A stretch of DNA of 64,000 nucleotides. Origin: Tubulanus polymorphus (lineage: Eukaryota > Animalia > Nemertea). Made by a program: the position numbers and the translations under genes. Shown piece by piece: positions 49,401-60,712 of the stretch; positions within the stretch are counted from its first letter, which is position 1, and the number at the start of each line of letters is the position of its first letter. The stretch covers positions 16,486,950 through 16,550,949 of the forward strand of contig NC_134029.1 in NCBI RefSeq assembly GCF_964204645.1, read 5' to 3'. The notes beneath the pieces are model-generated. The model ran no database searches, had not been told where the DNA came from, and saw only the letters and a list, made by a program, of their open reading frames with translations.

Positions 49401-52400
49401 TCTATTAAAATACGATAATGAATCGATTCATGTACGGCAGGCAAATAGCATTGTATGGACATCGTATTGATTGTATGCCTGTGGAATGCCTCACCCGTGG
49501 GGTTCAGGTCATTCATTGACACCTGCATTAAGAACTCTTAACAGGGATGATAATTTTCGGCCGTGCGGTGGATTTCCGCCTTTTCAATCAATTTTTATCA
49601 TTTCTCAGATCGATGCAAATCCGTTGAAAATGACTGGTTTACCAGCATCCTAAACAGGGTTCCTACAGCCCCTCAAATCCCTCAAAAACCCCTCAAATTC
49701 CAAAATCCATTTTTGAGGGTTAAAAATCCCTCAAATTCTGAGTTTTAGCCCTTGGCTCCTCAAAATCCCTTTTTTCATTGCCTGTGGTAGCAACTCTTAT
49801 GTAATGCAAACAGTTTTCTTTATTTCAGTTGTTATATTAGCTGAAGATGCAAGTATTCAAGAAATGTTAATGGCACATGGATTACATGTACAGACATTTG
49901 CCGAAGTTTCTCCTATCCAGGTTCATCCTGCCAGAGTACTTAGTTATTTGTATTCACATTTAGGTATACATCTCTTGAAAGTTCTTTTAATTCAATTCAT
50001 AATCTATTTTAGGGATATTCAATTTAATCAAATTTAGAACTCTCCCCCAAGTTAGTATCATGCCCTGTATTAATTAACCTTTATATTGCGGGATTAATTT
50101 TCTCAAAAGTCATCCCATCGCATACTGTAATTGCACAATCCAATTGCATACTGTAACTTCTAGATGATTTTTTTTCTCGAAACTCTTGGACTTCCTTGCC
50201 ACCTATACTAAGGAATCAGAACTAAGTAATTGGAACAGTATTGATTTAGAATGGGACTAGAATGTGTAGCAGATGATAAGTGGCATTCCTTATATCTATG
50301 ATTCCACATGTCTTTGTCGGTGCTGCAGGGCGTAGTTAGTTAAGATGATGAAAAGATAAATTGGTTTTTCTTTTCAGGTAAAAACGAGAAGCTGGGTTTA
50401 ACAGGTCGAGCCTCACATGATGTAGGCTTACTGTCTACTAGTAAATTATACATGATTGGAAATCAGATCTATGCGTTTTTACCTCAGGTATGTAGAAATT
50501 GGATTTATCTGTAGCGATGGAGTGCCTCAAAGAATTTTAAGTGCAATTCAGTTAAAATCATGAGTTTCACTATTTGATTGATTGATTATTTCAAAGAATT
50601 TATCACATCTGTAGTTAAAATAGAGATTCAATATTACTTTAGATGCAATCTTAACATACCAGTTTTACTCAAATTGTTCAAACTCTGGCCCCAGTTAAAT
50701 TTTGCTTCGAATTCATTCATTACAATCATTGAACTGATAGCATCAAATTGTAACCTATTACTGTGGAACTGAATTTAAATTAAAAAGATTGTGTTACCAT
50801 TAGAACCAAAATTGTTGTAAAACTGGGTGTCTTGTCAATTTTTAGTTTAATTTCTTGAAATGTTTAGTAGAATATTTTATTATATTCAGATGTTAGATTC
50901 GAAACAGTTTTTCCTGTCAATGGATAGTGATATTACAGCAGAATTATTTAAAACTGACGTCGCATATTTAAGAAACAACTGGAAAGTTCTTGGACGTCCT
51001 ACCATTATATTTCCTCTTACTACTGCTATTCTAGGTATAAAACCTAACATAGCTTTTTTACGTCATGTGTTGTGTTTTGCTTATCGCGCACTAGCACTCT
51101 TAGTGCTGACACTATCGTTAGCTGCATATGTTAGCACCCCTAGTAACAGTTCGTAGAGGCATGTATTAAAGCTTAATTGATTTATATCATCTACATGTGC
51201 TTTAGTTTGGTAATATAATATGCGGATAAACCCAGAGATCTTAGAACCATTAATTTGTGGAATCCAAAAAAAAACTCGGAAAACTTTATTTGACATGTAA
51301 GTTTTCTCTTGAAATAGTTGGGAAAGGGTAAAGGGAGTACATATAACATGCTAACTACTATACAGTGTATATAGTAACCAGGGTTTTGCATGTATGCTAA
51401 ATCCTGGTTACTGTACCCATAGTGGTAGATGCCATAAGCGCTCAATACTGTGTTAATCCGCATGACATTTTTATGAAAAGAATGAAGGGCACACTTTTCA
51501 GCCCACTTGGCCACTGCCGGCTATTGCATTCACTTTTCATTCATTGGTTTGTGGGTTTGTTCCATTGACGGAATCCAGTTATTGTGAGAAGTTTTGAAAA
51601 TGTTTCGATGGATACTCTTGATTCTTGGTTACAACATGTATGTATCTACGGTACTGCTTAGATTAAATTGACATCGTTCATGTTTATTTTCCGTTTCATT
51701 TACGTTAAAAAAAAAAAATCGATTGGCTTTTAGGAAAGAAATTAAATGCGTACCGTATATCGTTGTATCGATTTTAAAACGCATTCCAATTGCATGTATG
51801 ATGCACAGTTTTCATTAAGTTAATTCTAAGCAATACCGTACCCTTAACACATCTACAGCCAAAAACTGGCACAATGGAGAAGTTTTCAAGGGAAATTTTG
51901 AAGAGTCTTCTATCAACCGTCCTGATATTTCATATATGTATAGGCCTATATGTATCCTCTAAGGTCCATCATCATAGGAAAAAAATGGGTTGATCGGACG
52001 CAAGATGGCCATCTTGTGACCCTTTTGTGCAAATGATGGTTATTTTGGTCTCAATTCTGAGGCTTGTAGCTTCTTCATATGCCATTAATCATTGAAATTT
52101 GCATCAGATGGGTTTTTTAAACATACATTTCTTATGCATTAATTAGGCAACCTCATAGGCTCATCAGCCTTCATTTGATTTTTGACTTGCAGTCTTGCTA
52201 TTCATTTAGCACTGTCAGGACTTATCTCCCCACTTGGAATTGAGATTACCAAGTGTCTAGTTCTCAATGTATTGAATTGGAGTTAAAATTGAAATATAGC
52301 TGCAAAGCAGCGATAATGGGTTTTCTGCCGTGCAATATGCAAACCTTTTTAGGTAAGGGAACTGGCCAATACAAAGAATAATATTTTGATCACAACTGTA

Positions 52401-55400
52401 TTCGTTCTCCAGAGGCTGATATTGGATACTTTTCCACAAAGCTATGTCATGTGACAATTATCGGTTTACTTTATACACTGATAAGAATGCTGACGAACTT
52501 CTATACAAACCTGTTTCAATTCATTCTGCCTTGACCATACAACAACACTCAGTCTGTAGGCCTTATCCAAACTGGTTTTTATTCAAGCTCCTTTTGACAC
52601 ATATTCTATACAAGAAGCGATTGATAGAAACTGAGTAGGTATCAATGCAATATTTGTTAAGCATATACAGGCCTATACAAATCTCTTTAGACCACTGGGG
52701 TATGAACAAAGGGGTCGATCAAAAGCAAGATACTTGAGACCTGTTGGTATTGGGTTAGGCCTAAAGTAAAATCTGAGAAAATATGGTAGAAATCTGTTTA
52801 GTAGTTAAGGAGCTTTAGGCTTTTGGTGACTTTTGGGGCTAATCTCCTTGGAAAGGAGAAAAAAAGATGATATTTATTCAGAGGAAAGCAATAGGGTTGT
52901 CTGTGAAAACACAAAAAAATCTTTATTAAGCAAAATTTGTTGATGTATATGGTAATAATGCATATTTTATAACCACAGTTAATTGCACATTTGTAGTTAA
53001 TGACATGTGTTCTATGATAGTGGTGAGTTTTGAGGTCATTGGTGTTTGTATTTTTTGACAGGGGGCATTAAATATTGAAATCATGAGATGTTCAAGCATT
53101 TCACCAAGTGGGCATGTTGCGCTTATCCCTTGTATATAGAGAGTTTAAAATTTACATTAAGTTAACTATGATTCAGTCTAGCTTTATTGCTACCATTTTG
53201 AATTAATCAACATATTTTTATGTTCAGTTTCTCGATCCAGAGATCTATTACTTGAGTTTGGATATAGATTTTCTGATAGACCTTTTTCGCACGGATGTCG
53301 CTTCATTAAAACGTGATTGGAACATGCTAGGTAGACCTTTACTTATCATACCAGTCATGAGTTGGTACTTCGATTTTAAAGGTGAGGTAAACATTTTCAT
53401 TTCACGTAAACATTAAACTCTCTTAGATAGATACTAATTTGGCTAAAAATCTTTCAGCACTTTGTGAGATTCCATTATTAGCTCTGCTAACCAACTTGCT
53501 AGGCAACCATTTGTTTTCAGTGCCAGTGTTCTTCTCTGAAGCAAGCTATTGTGTTGATATTTCTACGGTTTATTGGGGCATCCATTCAAGGCATCCATCA
53601 CTGTCTACACATAGATGAAATCCAGTTTTTAGCTCACTTGGGACTTAATTCCCAGCAAGCTATCGCGTTCACTTATCATCCGTTCGTCCATCCATAGACA
53701 GAATCCAGTTATTTTGGGAAGTTTTAAAGACGCTTTTATTGATTGTCTTGATATTTGGTTTACACATATGCATCTACCCTAGATACATCGTCTGCCCCAA
53801 AACTGGCCTGATCACAATCAAGGTGGCTGACTGGAAGCCATTGTTGTTCATTTTTTTTGTACACATTTTTGAAGTTTTCAAGGGAAATTTTGAAGACACT
53901 TTCTTAATTATGTTGATCTTTCAGATTTAGTCGTATCTCCCAAGGTTCCATCTGCATGAGAAAAATTAGGTCGATCGGACTCAAAATGGCTGACCTGTGC
54001 CCAAAAAGGCCTAAATTCCGAGACCTATAACTTCCTAATGGTTTGCCATTTTTCATTGAAATTTGTGATGGGTATTGTTTGGGAAGGCATCTTAAGCATT
54101 TTAGATGGATTTTGCGATCAGTCAATTGATCATAAGTGGAAAAAGATGTCTTGAAGGAAATATCAACAGGTTTTCAGTTATAGTTTTGGCAATTAATTAT
54201 TATTAGCACTGTCATAGGATACATCTCTTCACATGGAATTGGGATCACCGAATTTATATTGGTACCTAGGCATATTTTGTTACCACGATTAAATTACAAA
54301 ATTGTAGCTCATCACATGTTCTATGATTTTGATGAGTTTCAAACTTAAGCGTTTAGGGTTTTCTGTTTCTTCACAGAAAACCCTATTGAGATTTGCCTGA
54401 TTATTAGGGTTTTCTGACTTTCGTCGAAAACCCTGTTGTAATTCTGTTGATTATTATTATTATTTGCATATTTTCCACTTTTTTTCATCACATACAATTC
54501 ATCTCTCGCATTCGACAACTAACAGCTACTTAGCGGAATGTAGAATTCTGATAGAAATATCACGCTCCGAATCTGCACGTGGATTCTATGTATATATTGT
54601 ACATCATACTTTAAAATTGAAATTGCTTACTGTCAGGCAACACCGGTGGAAATCCACTATAGGCGATCGACAATCGGCATTCCCGCACAACCGAGAAAAA
54701 AAACATATCTGGACTAGCAATTGATTCACGAAAAAACATACTCGGACTAAATATGGAATGCCAGTTATTAAGAATGGTATGTACGCACGCACGCGACTGA
54801 AAAACGCTAGATACATGCAGTTCAAATAGCTTCAGTTCGTTGTTTTGTTCGCGGATATTGATATTACAAATATTCAATAGGTTTTATCTATCTTGTATGC
54901 ATTTTTATATTGAATTGAATTGGTCTGGTCCATTAGGCCGTAGATGTTCCGCTTATGTTCTGCATTTGCGGTCTTACTGATTAGCGTCAGAAAATGTTAA
55001 ATTTTAGAAAATGAATAATTATTTATATAATTTGAGCCACGAATCAAGTATTTGGAAGTAATTTGACATGATAATTGAATTTCTGATACCCTATTTAGAA
55101 TTACAAAGTATTTCCTGTTCCTATCATTTGCGCAATATCACAAATTAAGCCTGTGCTCTTCAACGGATTCAATATGGTGTCTCTATGGGCAACAATCCCC
55201 GCCAAAAAGATGATGTTTTGTTTCATGTAGCGAAAAAGACAATTCCATGCCTCAAAGACATTTTCGTACCACGGCTCATGCACCCAAATGTCAGTAGATG
55301 TTGCCACTTATGTTTAAATTATGTCATCCTGGTTACCCAGAAATAATTCTTTCAGCGTTATTATTTTAGCTGTTTCGCCCGCAGTTTCAGCGTTACGATT

Positions 55401-58400
55401 AGCAGTTTGTGCGATCTTCTTAAAATGACGGATATTTGGGAAACCCGGAAATAGTTTGCCTGTTAACTGCTGGGAGATCCTTGTTTTCTTTCGGCCACAG
55501 CAGATCTCACAGCGCACCCATAGCGGAAGTAAACAAACACACGTGTCTGCTGTGGTGGATAAAAAACATTAGGTGTTGTCGATTTTCTATCCACCTGAGC
55601 AGGATCGTTCAATGTTGTGATGGATAGAAATTAGATTTCCTTTTGATTATTTAACCGTCCAGAGCAGGATCTAATGCAGAGTCGGTTGGTTTTTGTTCCA
55701 CAAACATATTCCAATTATTTCAAAAGTATTTTTTGTGCGTATTAGCAGGCAAACTCATTTCTTTCCTTTTGAGGGATTTTAAGCCGTCCGTTCGTTCGTC
55801 CATCCGTAGACGAAATCCAGTTATTTTGGGAAGTTTTAAAGACGCTTCAATGTAATGTCTTGATATTTGGGTTACACATGTCGATCGACATAACACTGGA
55901 ATAGGTTTGCAGTGATTAACAGTTCATTTCATTTACTCCTATGTGCTTGAAACTCTGGAACTGTTAACGAAAGACAAGTAACACAAGTGGAAAAAACATG
56001 CTTGAGTTATGCTTGATTCTCATATTCAAATTTAATTTAAATTCAAATTTATTTTATTACATCATATTTACAAAGCATATCATTGGTTCATACAGTAATA
56101 AAGATTAGGACAGAACTAATATTATTATAGAATTTTCAAAAAGGTAATTAATTTCTATAACTAAATGGACATTATTTTTCTAATAACTAAGTTCAAGAGT
56201 GACTCTCCCGTTTATTAAGAAACACACGGAACTAGTGGAATAGATTGATATTTACACACATGTTGCAGGCATAAATTGTTTATCAGTATAGAATTTGTAA
56301 TCCATAAAAGCCGAAATCAACATCGGCTCGAAACCCAGACAAAATCAACTCATAATTTATTGATTAAATCTACACTACAATATATGTATTTATTCAACTA
56401 TTTCAATAAAAAGATTAATTTCTTAAATCTATTCCAAATCATAATACGTTCTTATCTGTAAATTTACTAGATCTATCGACTCAGCAGGTGCTTAAGATGA
56501 GTTCTTAATAGGACAGATCCATTTTTTAAGCGTGGTGATAATACAGTATCATGATGATCCGTCTGTCCGTCCATCAACTTTTGCTTCAATTTACTACTAG
56601 TGCTACAGTTCTTTTCGAATCTTGACCAAACTTGGTATGAAGCTAATATGGGCCAAGGGCTAAAAAGTTATAGAGCCGTTTGTCAAATTTGATCTCAAGG
56701 GGGTGCTGTACGGGTGGCGCATGTAAAATCTTTAGATCGTTACTTGTCCTACAATTATTGTCCGATGTTGATGAAACTTAGTATGTAGATACTACAAGCC
56801 AAGGGCTAAAAAGTTATAGAGCTGTTTTCCCAATTTGATCTCTAGGGGGTGCCGTACGGGTGGTGCTTGTGTGACAGGTCGTAAATTCCTGCTTGAGGTT
56901 TCCCTGTGTCAGTTAATTGAGGTCCTGGAGATTAGAGAAGCGTACAAAACAGCTCGTCAAACATGCAGAGCAAAGAAGGACCTGTGACAACAGATATACT
57001 TGAATAAATAATCACGTTTAATTACTACAATTTCACTCCAGAGATGTCATCAGACCGATGACCAGTCTCAAACTGGATCTGTTGCCGCCAAAAATCATAA
57101 TACAAAACCGCACTGTAGATGGCAGCACCTAACAGCAAAACTTCCGGCCACACTTGTAAAATCTTTAAATCGCTTCTTTGTCCTACAATTATAATCCAAC
57201 CTAACGAGATTTGGTTTATAGATACTACAGGCCAAGGGAAAAATGTTATAGAGCCGTTTGCCCAATTTGACCTTTAGGGGGCGCTGTACAGGTCATGCTT
57301 GTAAAATCTTTAACCCTTTCAGTGCGTCTACACTGCAGTGCGGTGTATAAATCAGTGATAGATTTTGCGAGTACACCGCGGTGTATTGATGTAATTAGTA
57401 ATTGTCTCTCTTGAAAAATGGCAGCACCTGTCAAACATAGTGAAATACTAGTAACTAACGATACACAGCGCCGCGGTGTAGACGCACTATAGTGGTATTG
57501 TCGTTATTAAACACAGTAGGGTGGAATTTTTTTTAAATTTCAAATTATCTCTAGCACTATAGGGTATTAACTAGTCAGCACTGAAAGGGTTAAATCGCTA
57601 TTTGTCCTACAATTGTAGTCCGATGTTGACAAAACTTGGTATGTAGATACTATGGGCCAAGGGCTAAACTAGAGCGGTTATCAAACTTTAATCTCTAGGG
57701 GGCGCTGTACGGTGGCGCTTAGAAAATCTTTAAATTGCTACTTGTCCTACAATTATTATCCAATCTTGACAAAATTTGGTATGTCAATATTTTTGGCCAT
57801 GGGCTAAATGTTGCTGAGCCATTTTTCCCAATCTGATATCTAGTGGGCGCTGTACAGGTCACACTTGTAAAATCAAAATTGTAGCTCATGACATTTTCTA
57901 TCATTGTGGTGATTTTCAAGGTCATTGGTTTCAGTATACGTTCACCAGGGGGTGTTGAATATTGAGATTTTCTGATTGTTGAGCATTTCAAATGACTTCC
58001 CAAGTGGGCATGGTGTCCCTAGCAGGATTCGAATTTCAGAATTTTTCATCCACAGCAAGTTGCTTTCAGAAATGCTGTGGATGGTGGAAGCGATCCACAG
58101 CAAGTTAAGCTCTCACCACAGAAAGTGCCTATCTTGAAAACAATACCTGGTTGATTATGTATTCCATAAACATTGAAAACTAATCCTATTTGAGAGTTAT
58201 TTGGTTACTTGACTTAAACATTTAAATGTATATCAAATCAATTATAATATTGTCAACAATATTTGTAAAAATTTAACACTAAAAATGAAATCATTAGAGT
58301 TGGGTCGGTTCATAATGATATGTGATTGAAATTGAATATTGAATTGATTACTAAATTATTGAAAGAACTTATAACATAGTAATATTCTAATAATCTATAA

Positions 58401-60306
58401 TTTCTCAAAGATAGAATATGGCATTGTGTATAACTATTAAATTAAACTACTGAAGGAATGAATATTGGGCCTCCATGGGAGTTTTAAAAATTCAGATAAA
58501 AATTCTGTTACGGATGAAACTCCAGGGCCGAAATACCCAATTCTTTTTCGGATCCAAGCTCCAGGGTCGAACTAAAACCCATAAAACTAACGACGACACC
58601 AGACGTATAATATTACAAAGCACGTACATTTATTAAAGTACTGTGGCTGGGACTCACTGTGGTCAGTAAACAGATATTTATATAGGTACAGTTTATAGGG
58701 GTAAGTCAAGTATAAACACTGAATGATTCACACTTATAACAGACTGAAGTCGGTATACCGTATAAACACTATACATACCATAACTATTCAATAACTGGGT
58801 AACACAACTGGGTAACAATTCATGTTAATAGCAGTTGTTTTTGCATGGTGGCAGCACCGTATGGCATACAGTTTAGGCATCAGCCGCTGTAACTTTCAAT
58901 TTCATGTCAAACTTTTCAGAATTTTTACAGAATTTTGATTACAAAATCTGGTGTCAGTGATTGAAATTGTCAACGGCATTTTAAAGAATTTTGATAGACG
59001 GCATTTTTGAAGCCATCGGTACAAAGATACGTCAACGGCTATGTACTAATACATCGTCGACAAAAGCCGTCGATTGCCGTCGTGAAATTTGAACCCTGCC
59101 TAGACCCCTAGTTTCAGAAATATTGAGCACATGTCAATTGATTGTTTGGATATTTGCTTTGTACATGAGAGATTTTTCCATAAAAAGATCTGCAGTGTAT
59201 AAACTGGCCCAAACAAGGTTGTTTGATAGTTGATGTTCAGAACATGTCTTAGACATACGACAATAGATTTATGAAGTTTTCATGGGAAAAGTTTGAAAGT
59301 TTTTTCAATGCATTAGTCAATTGGTTGAAGTTTTAGTATGTACGTGTACACTCCTAGGGGGTAGCATCGCATGTTCGATGGATAAAATCAGAATCTTTGT
59401 GCAAAAATTGTAATTTTTAGTCTTAATTTGTAAGAATTTCCATCCAAATCAGTCTTATCCGTATTAAGATGTACTGGCAATTGTTTACTGTGTCTCCTAG
59501 CGGTAATATCATGTACTGAAAACATAGGTCAGTCTATGTCTCAAAGACTGCTATGATCTCATAATTGGGCTTCTAACAGGCAGTTGTCAATTGACATCTG
59601 TATGTAGCTTTCTGCTATTGCTTAATTTTGCTTTGCTTCTTTGCATGAAAGTATGAGTGAAATAACAAAAAATAACATACGATTATAAAACATGCATTAA
59701 ATTGATTTGATATACTGGTGCTTTATATACAGTTGATCCTGCTTGCCTAGTCCTCATGGGAAAGCAAACTCTGAAATGGTCAGAGTGACAATCATTCATC
59801 ATCACATGAATTGGAATAAGAAAATTCTACATCTTATCTTGTCTGAGACAAAGCGATAAGCAATTGGTACTGGCAAGCCGGGTCTTCTGATATAATCCAA
59901 ATGAAGCAATTCATCATTATGATTGTGATAAATGTATGTTTCAGATACAAATAAAGAATTACAACCTGCATTGGTAGCAACGATACAGAAACTACGGTCT
60001 GGATACATCAATGGTACAAGGTATCAAATCCTGATTATTGTTAAACTACAGGGGTCAGTTTTATAGACTTGTTTTATCTTTAACCTGTGGTTGATATAAT
60101 TGAAAATGAATTGACTTAATCTCAGAGGTTAAGATAATACCCGTTTATATTACTGGTCCTTGAGCTATAGATCAGATTGTTGTAGACACATCTCTAGAAG
60201 GCAGTTACATTATATTCTAGGGTGCAGTTAGGTAATTTGATGGAGTTTATAAGTACATCCTGTGTCACCAAGCTTACATTTTTGCCAGGTTTAGACTCAG
60301 TCGAAG
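34429..60306 (+). CDS. PHKA: Phosphorylase b kinase regulatory subunit alpha (PHKA1/PHKA2 co-ortholog), 5' portion; continues beyond the window
   Basis: Exons 34429-34506, 34608-35066, 35144-35224, 36543-36641, 36810-36851, 37197-37301, 37453-37506, 40534-40656, 40988-41086, 41931-42038, 43311-43389, 49829-49963, 50378-50487, [50890-51034 or 53228-53381], 59945-60020, 60221-60306, all with consistent phases. N-terminus [12 protein letters not shown], then [76 protein letters not shown]. Confidence 0.96.
35441..36332 (+). mobile_element. Degenerate HINE copy in PHKA intron 3
   Basis: ttttagcccacttgggact start; ccctggagcccttgtt end. Confidence 0.7.
36707..36798 (+). mobile_element. 92-bp retroposed LINE-like 3' tail
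   Basis: AATAAA plus (TTGAAA)n tail; TCATATTTT direct repeat at 36698-36706 and 36799-36807. Confidence 0.65.
36869..37134. mobile_element. Tc1/mariner (pogo-like) MITE
   Basis: TA|CAGTAGACTCC ... GGAGTCAACTG|TA. Confidence 0.75.
39300..39462. repeat. ~20-bp minisatellite (CCGACATACCGGCACTC)
   Basis: About 8 degenerate units; explains the ORFs at 39121-39563. Confidence 0.85.
39556..39906. repeat. 50-bp minisatellite (GTTTGGTTCCTAATATTCCCCTGTACAGAGGTGCTGGGATCGTGGGG)
   Basis: About 7 near-identical tandem units; explains the ORFs at 39553-39982. Confidence 0.9.
40786..40948. mobile_element. Old MITE
   Basis: Imperfect arms tactatgagcccgcttcattcaaatcagttt / aaactgatctgaattaagtgggcttgatagta. 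Confidence 0.6.
41430..41740 (+). mobile_element. tRNA-derived SINE (degenerate)
   Basis: A-box-like tgggtgagtgg, B-box-like gattcaaatcc, central gtgtcc..ggcaaga..cctcattgc, and an aagcgct..tgaac...gctatagaagt AT-rich tail. Confidence 0.65.
43657..44775 (-). mobile_element. Decayed LINE (L2/CR1-like) RT 3' fragment inside the HINE copy at 43596-48383
   Basis: FYADDSQLY...[13 protein letters not shown] motif with frameshifts; AATAAA and (TTA)n tail at about 43657-43690. Confidence 0.75.
47242..47552. repeat. 155-bp near-perfect tandem duplication
   Basis: agaaactatgtttaactctgattttgcc...gcagaaaaaagc at 47242 and again at 47397 (one extra A). Confidence 0.9.
50890..51034 (+). CDS. PHKA: PHKA alternative exon 14a (mutually exclusive candidate)
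   Basis: ttcag|ATG TTA GAT...ATT CTA G|gtataa, 145 nt, phase 0 to 1; encodes [48 protein letters not shown]. Confidence 0.9.
51496..53133 (+). mobile_element. HINE copy between PHKA exons 14a and 14b
   Basis: tttcagcccacttgg start, gacggaatccagttatt, ccaagtgggcatg end. Confidence 0.75.
53228..53381 (+). CDS. PHKA: PHKA alternative exon 14b (paralogous duplicate of 14a)
   Basis: ttcag|TTT CTC GAT...TTT AAA G|gtgagg, 154 nt, phase 0 to 1, no stops; encodes [51 protein letters not shown]. Confidence 0.85.
56870..57152. mobile_element. Solo LTR (Gypsy-like, 4-bp TSD)
   Basis: TGTGAC...GCCACA; CTTG at 56866-56869 and 57153-57156; neighbouring array units show the empty site cttgtaaaatc. Confidence 0.7.
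57314..57589. mobile_element. piggyBac-type MITE
   Basis: TTAA|CCCTTTCAGTGC ... GCACTGAAAGGG|TTAA. Confidence 0.9.
58023..59098. mobile_element. CAGG-terminal DNA transposon with 5-bp TSD (hAT5-like)
   Basis: TIR CAGGATTCGAATTTCA / TGAAATTTGAACCCTG; CCTAG at 58018-58022 and 59099-59103. Confidence 0.75.
58506..58817 (-). mobile_element. Solo LTR nested in the previous element
   Basis: TGTTAC...GTAACA; TSD ATTC at 58502-58505 and 58818-58821; TATA-like and AATAAA signals on the minus strand. Confidence 0.75.
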
Positions 60307-60700
60307 GTAAATATTTCAAATTTCAATTTATTCAAATACATAAATACTGGTACCGTAACTCATGCAGAAAACTTCGTTTAAAGGTCTGATAAATACAGAA
60401 AACCCCTATAAAACTGTCAGTGAAACATTAGAGAATGAAAAGTAGATATATGTTTATACATATATATTGTTTTTGGAACCCTTTTTGGTGGAAAACTGCC
60501 CTTTCAATTGATACTATGATCGTAAGTCACTCCTGGATCCACCCCTGCCCTTATTCAAGTTAAAACCTTTTCAGTGTGGATTCTGCAAATAAATGTCTAC
60601 TGATTTGAATTTGTTATCATCTAAACAATGTTTAAACTACTATATCAAATATTTTAGCATGCTTCACTTTCCTTTCTTATCTATCTTGATATTACTACAG

Positions 60701-60712
60701 ATCATGAAGCAG
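60701..60712 (+). CDS. PHKA: Candidate 12-nt PHKA microexon
   Basis: Pyrimidine tract then tacag|ATCATGAAGCAG|gtaaat; frame-preserving, phase 1 to 1, matching the phase-1 end of exon 60221-60306. Confidence 0.5.

Larger units (their letters stand above)
53627..59112 (+). mobile_element. HINE-based multi-nested transposon cluster
   Basis: tttttagctcacttgggact start; the 3' end gtccctag|...|cctagacccctagtt is split by a later insertion; includes a degenerate tandem array at about 56590-57870. Confidence 0.7.
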
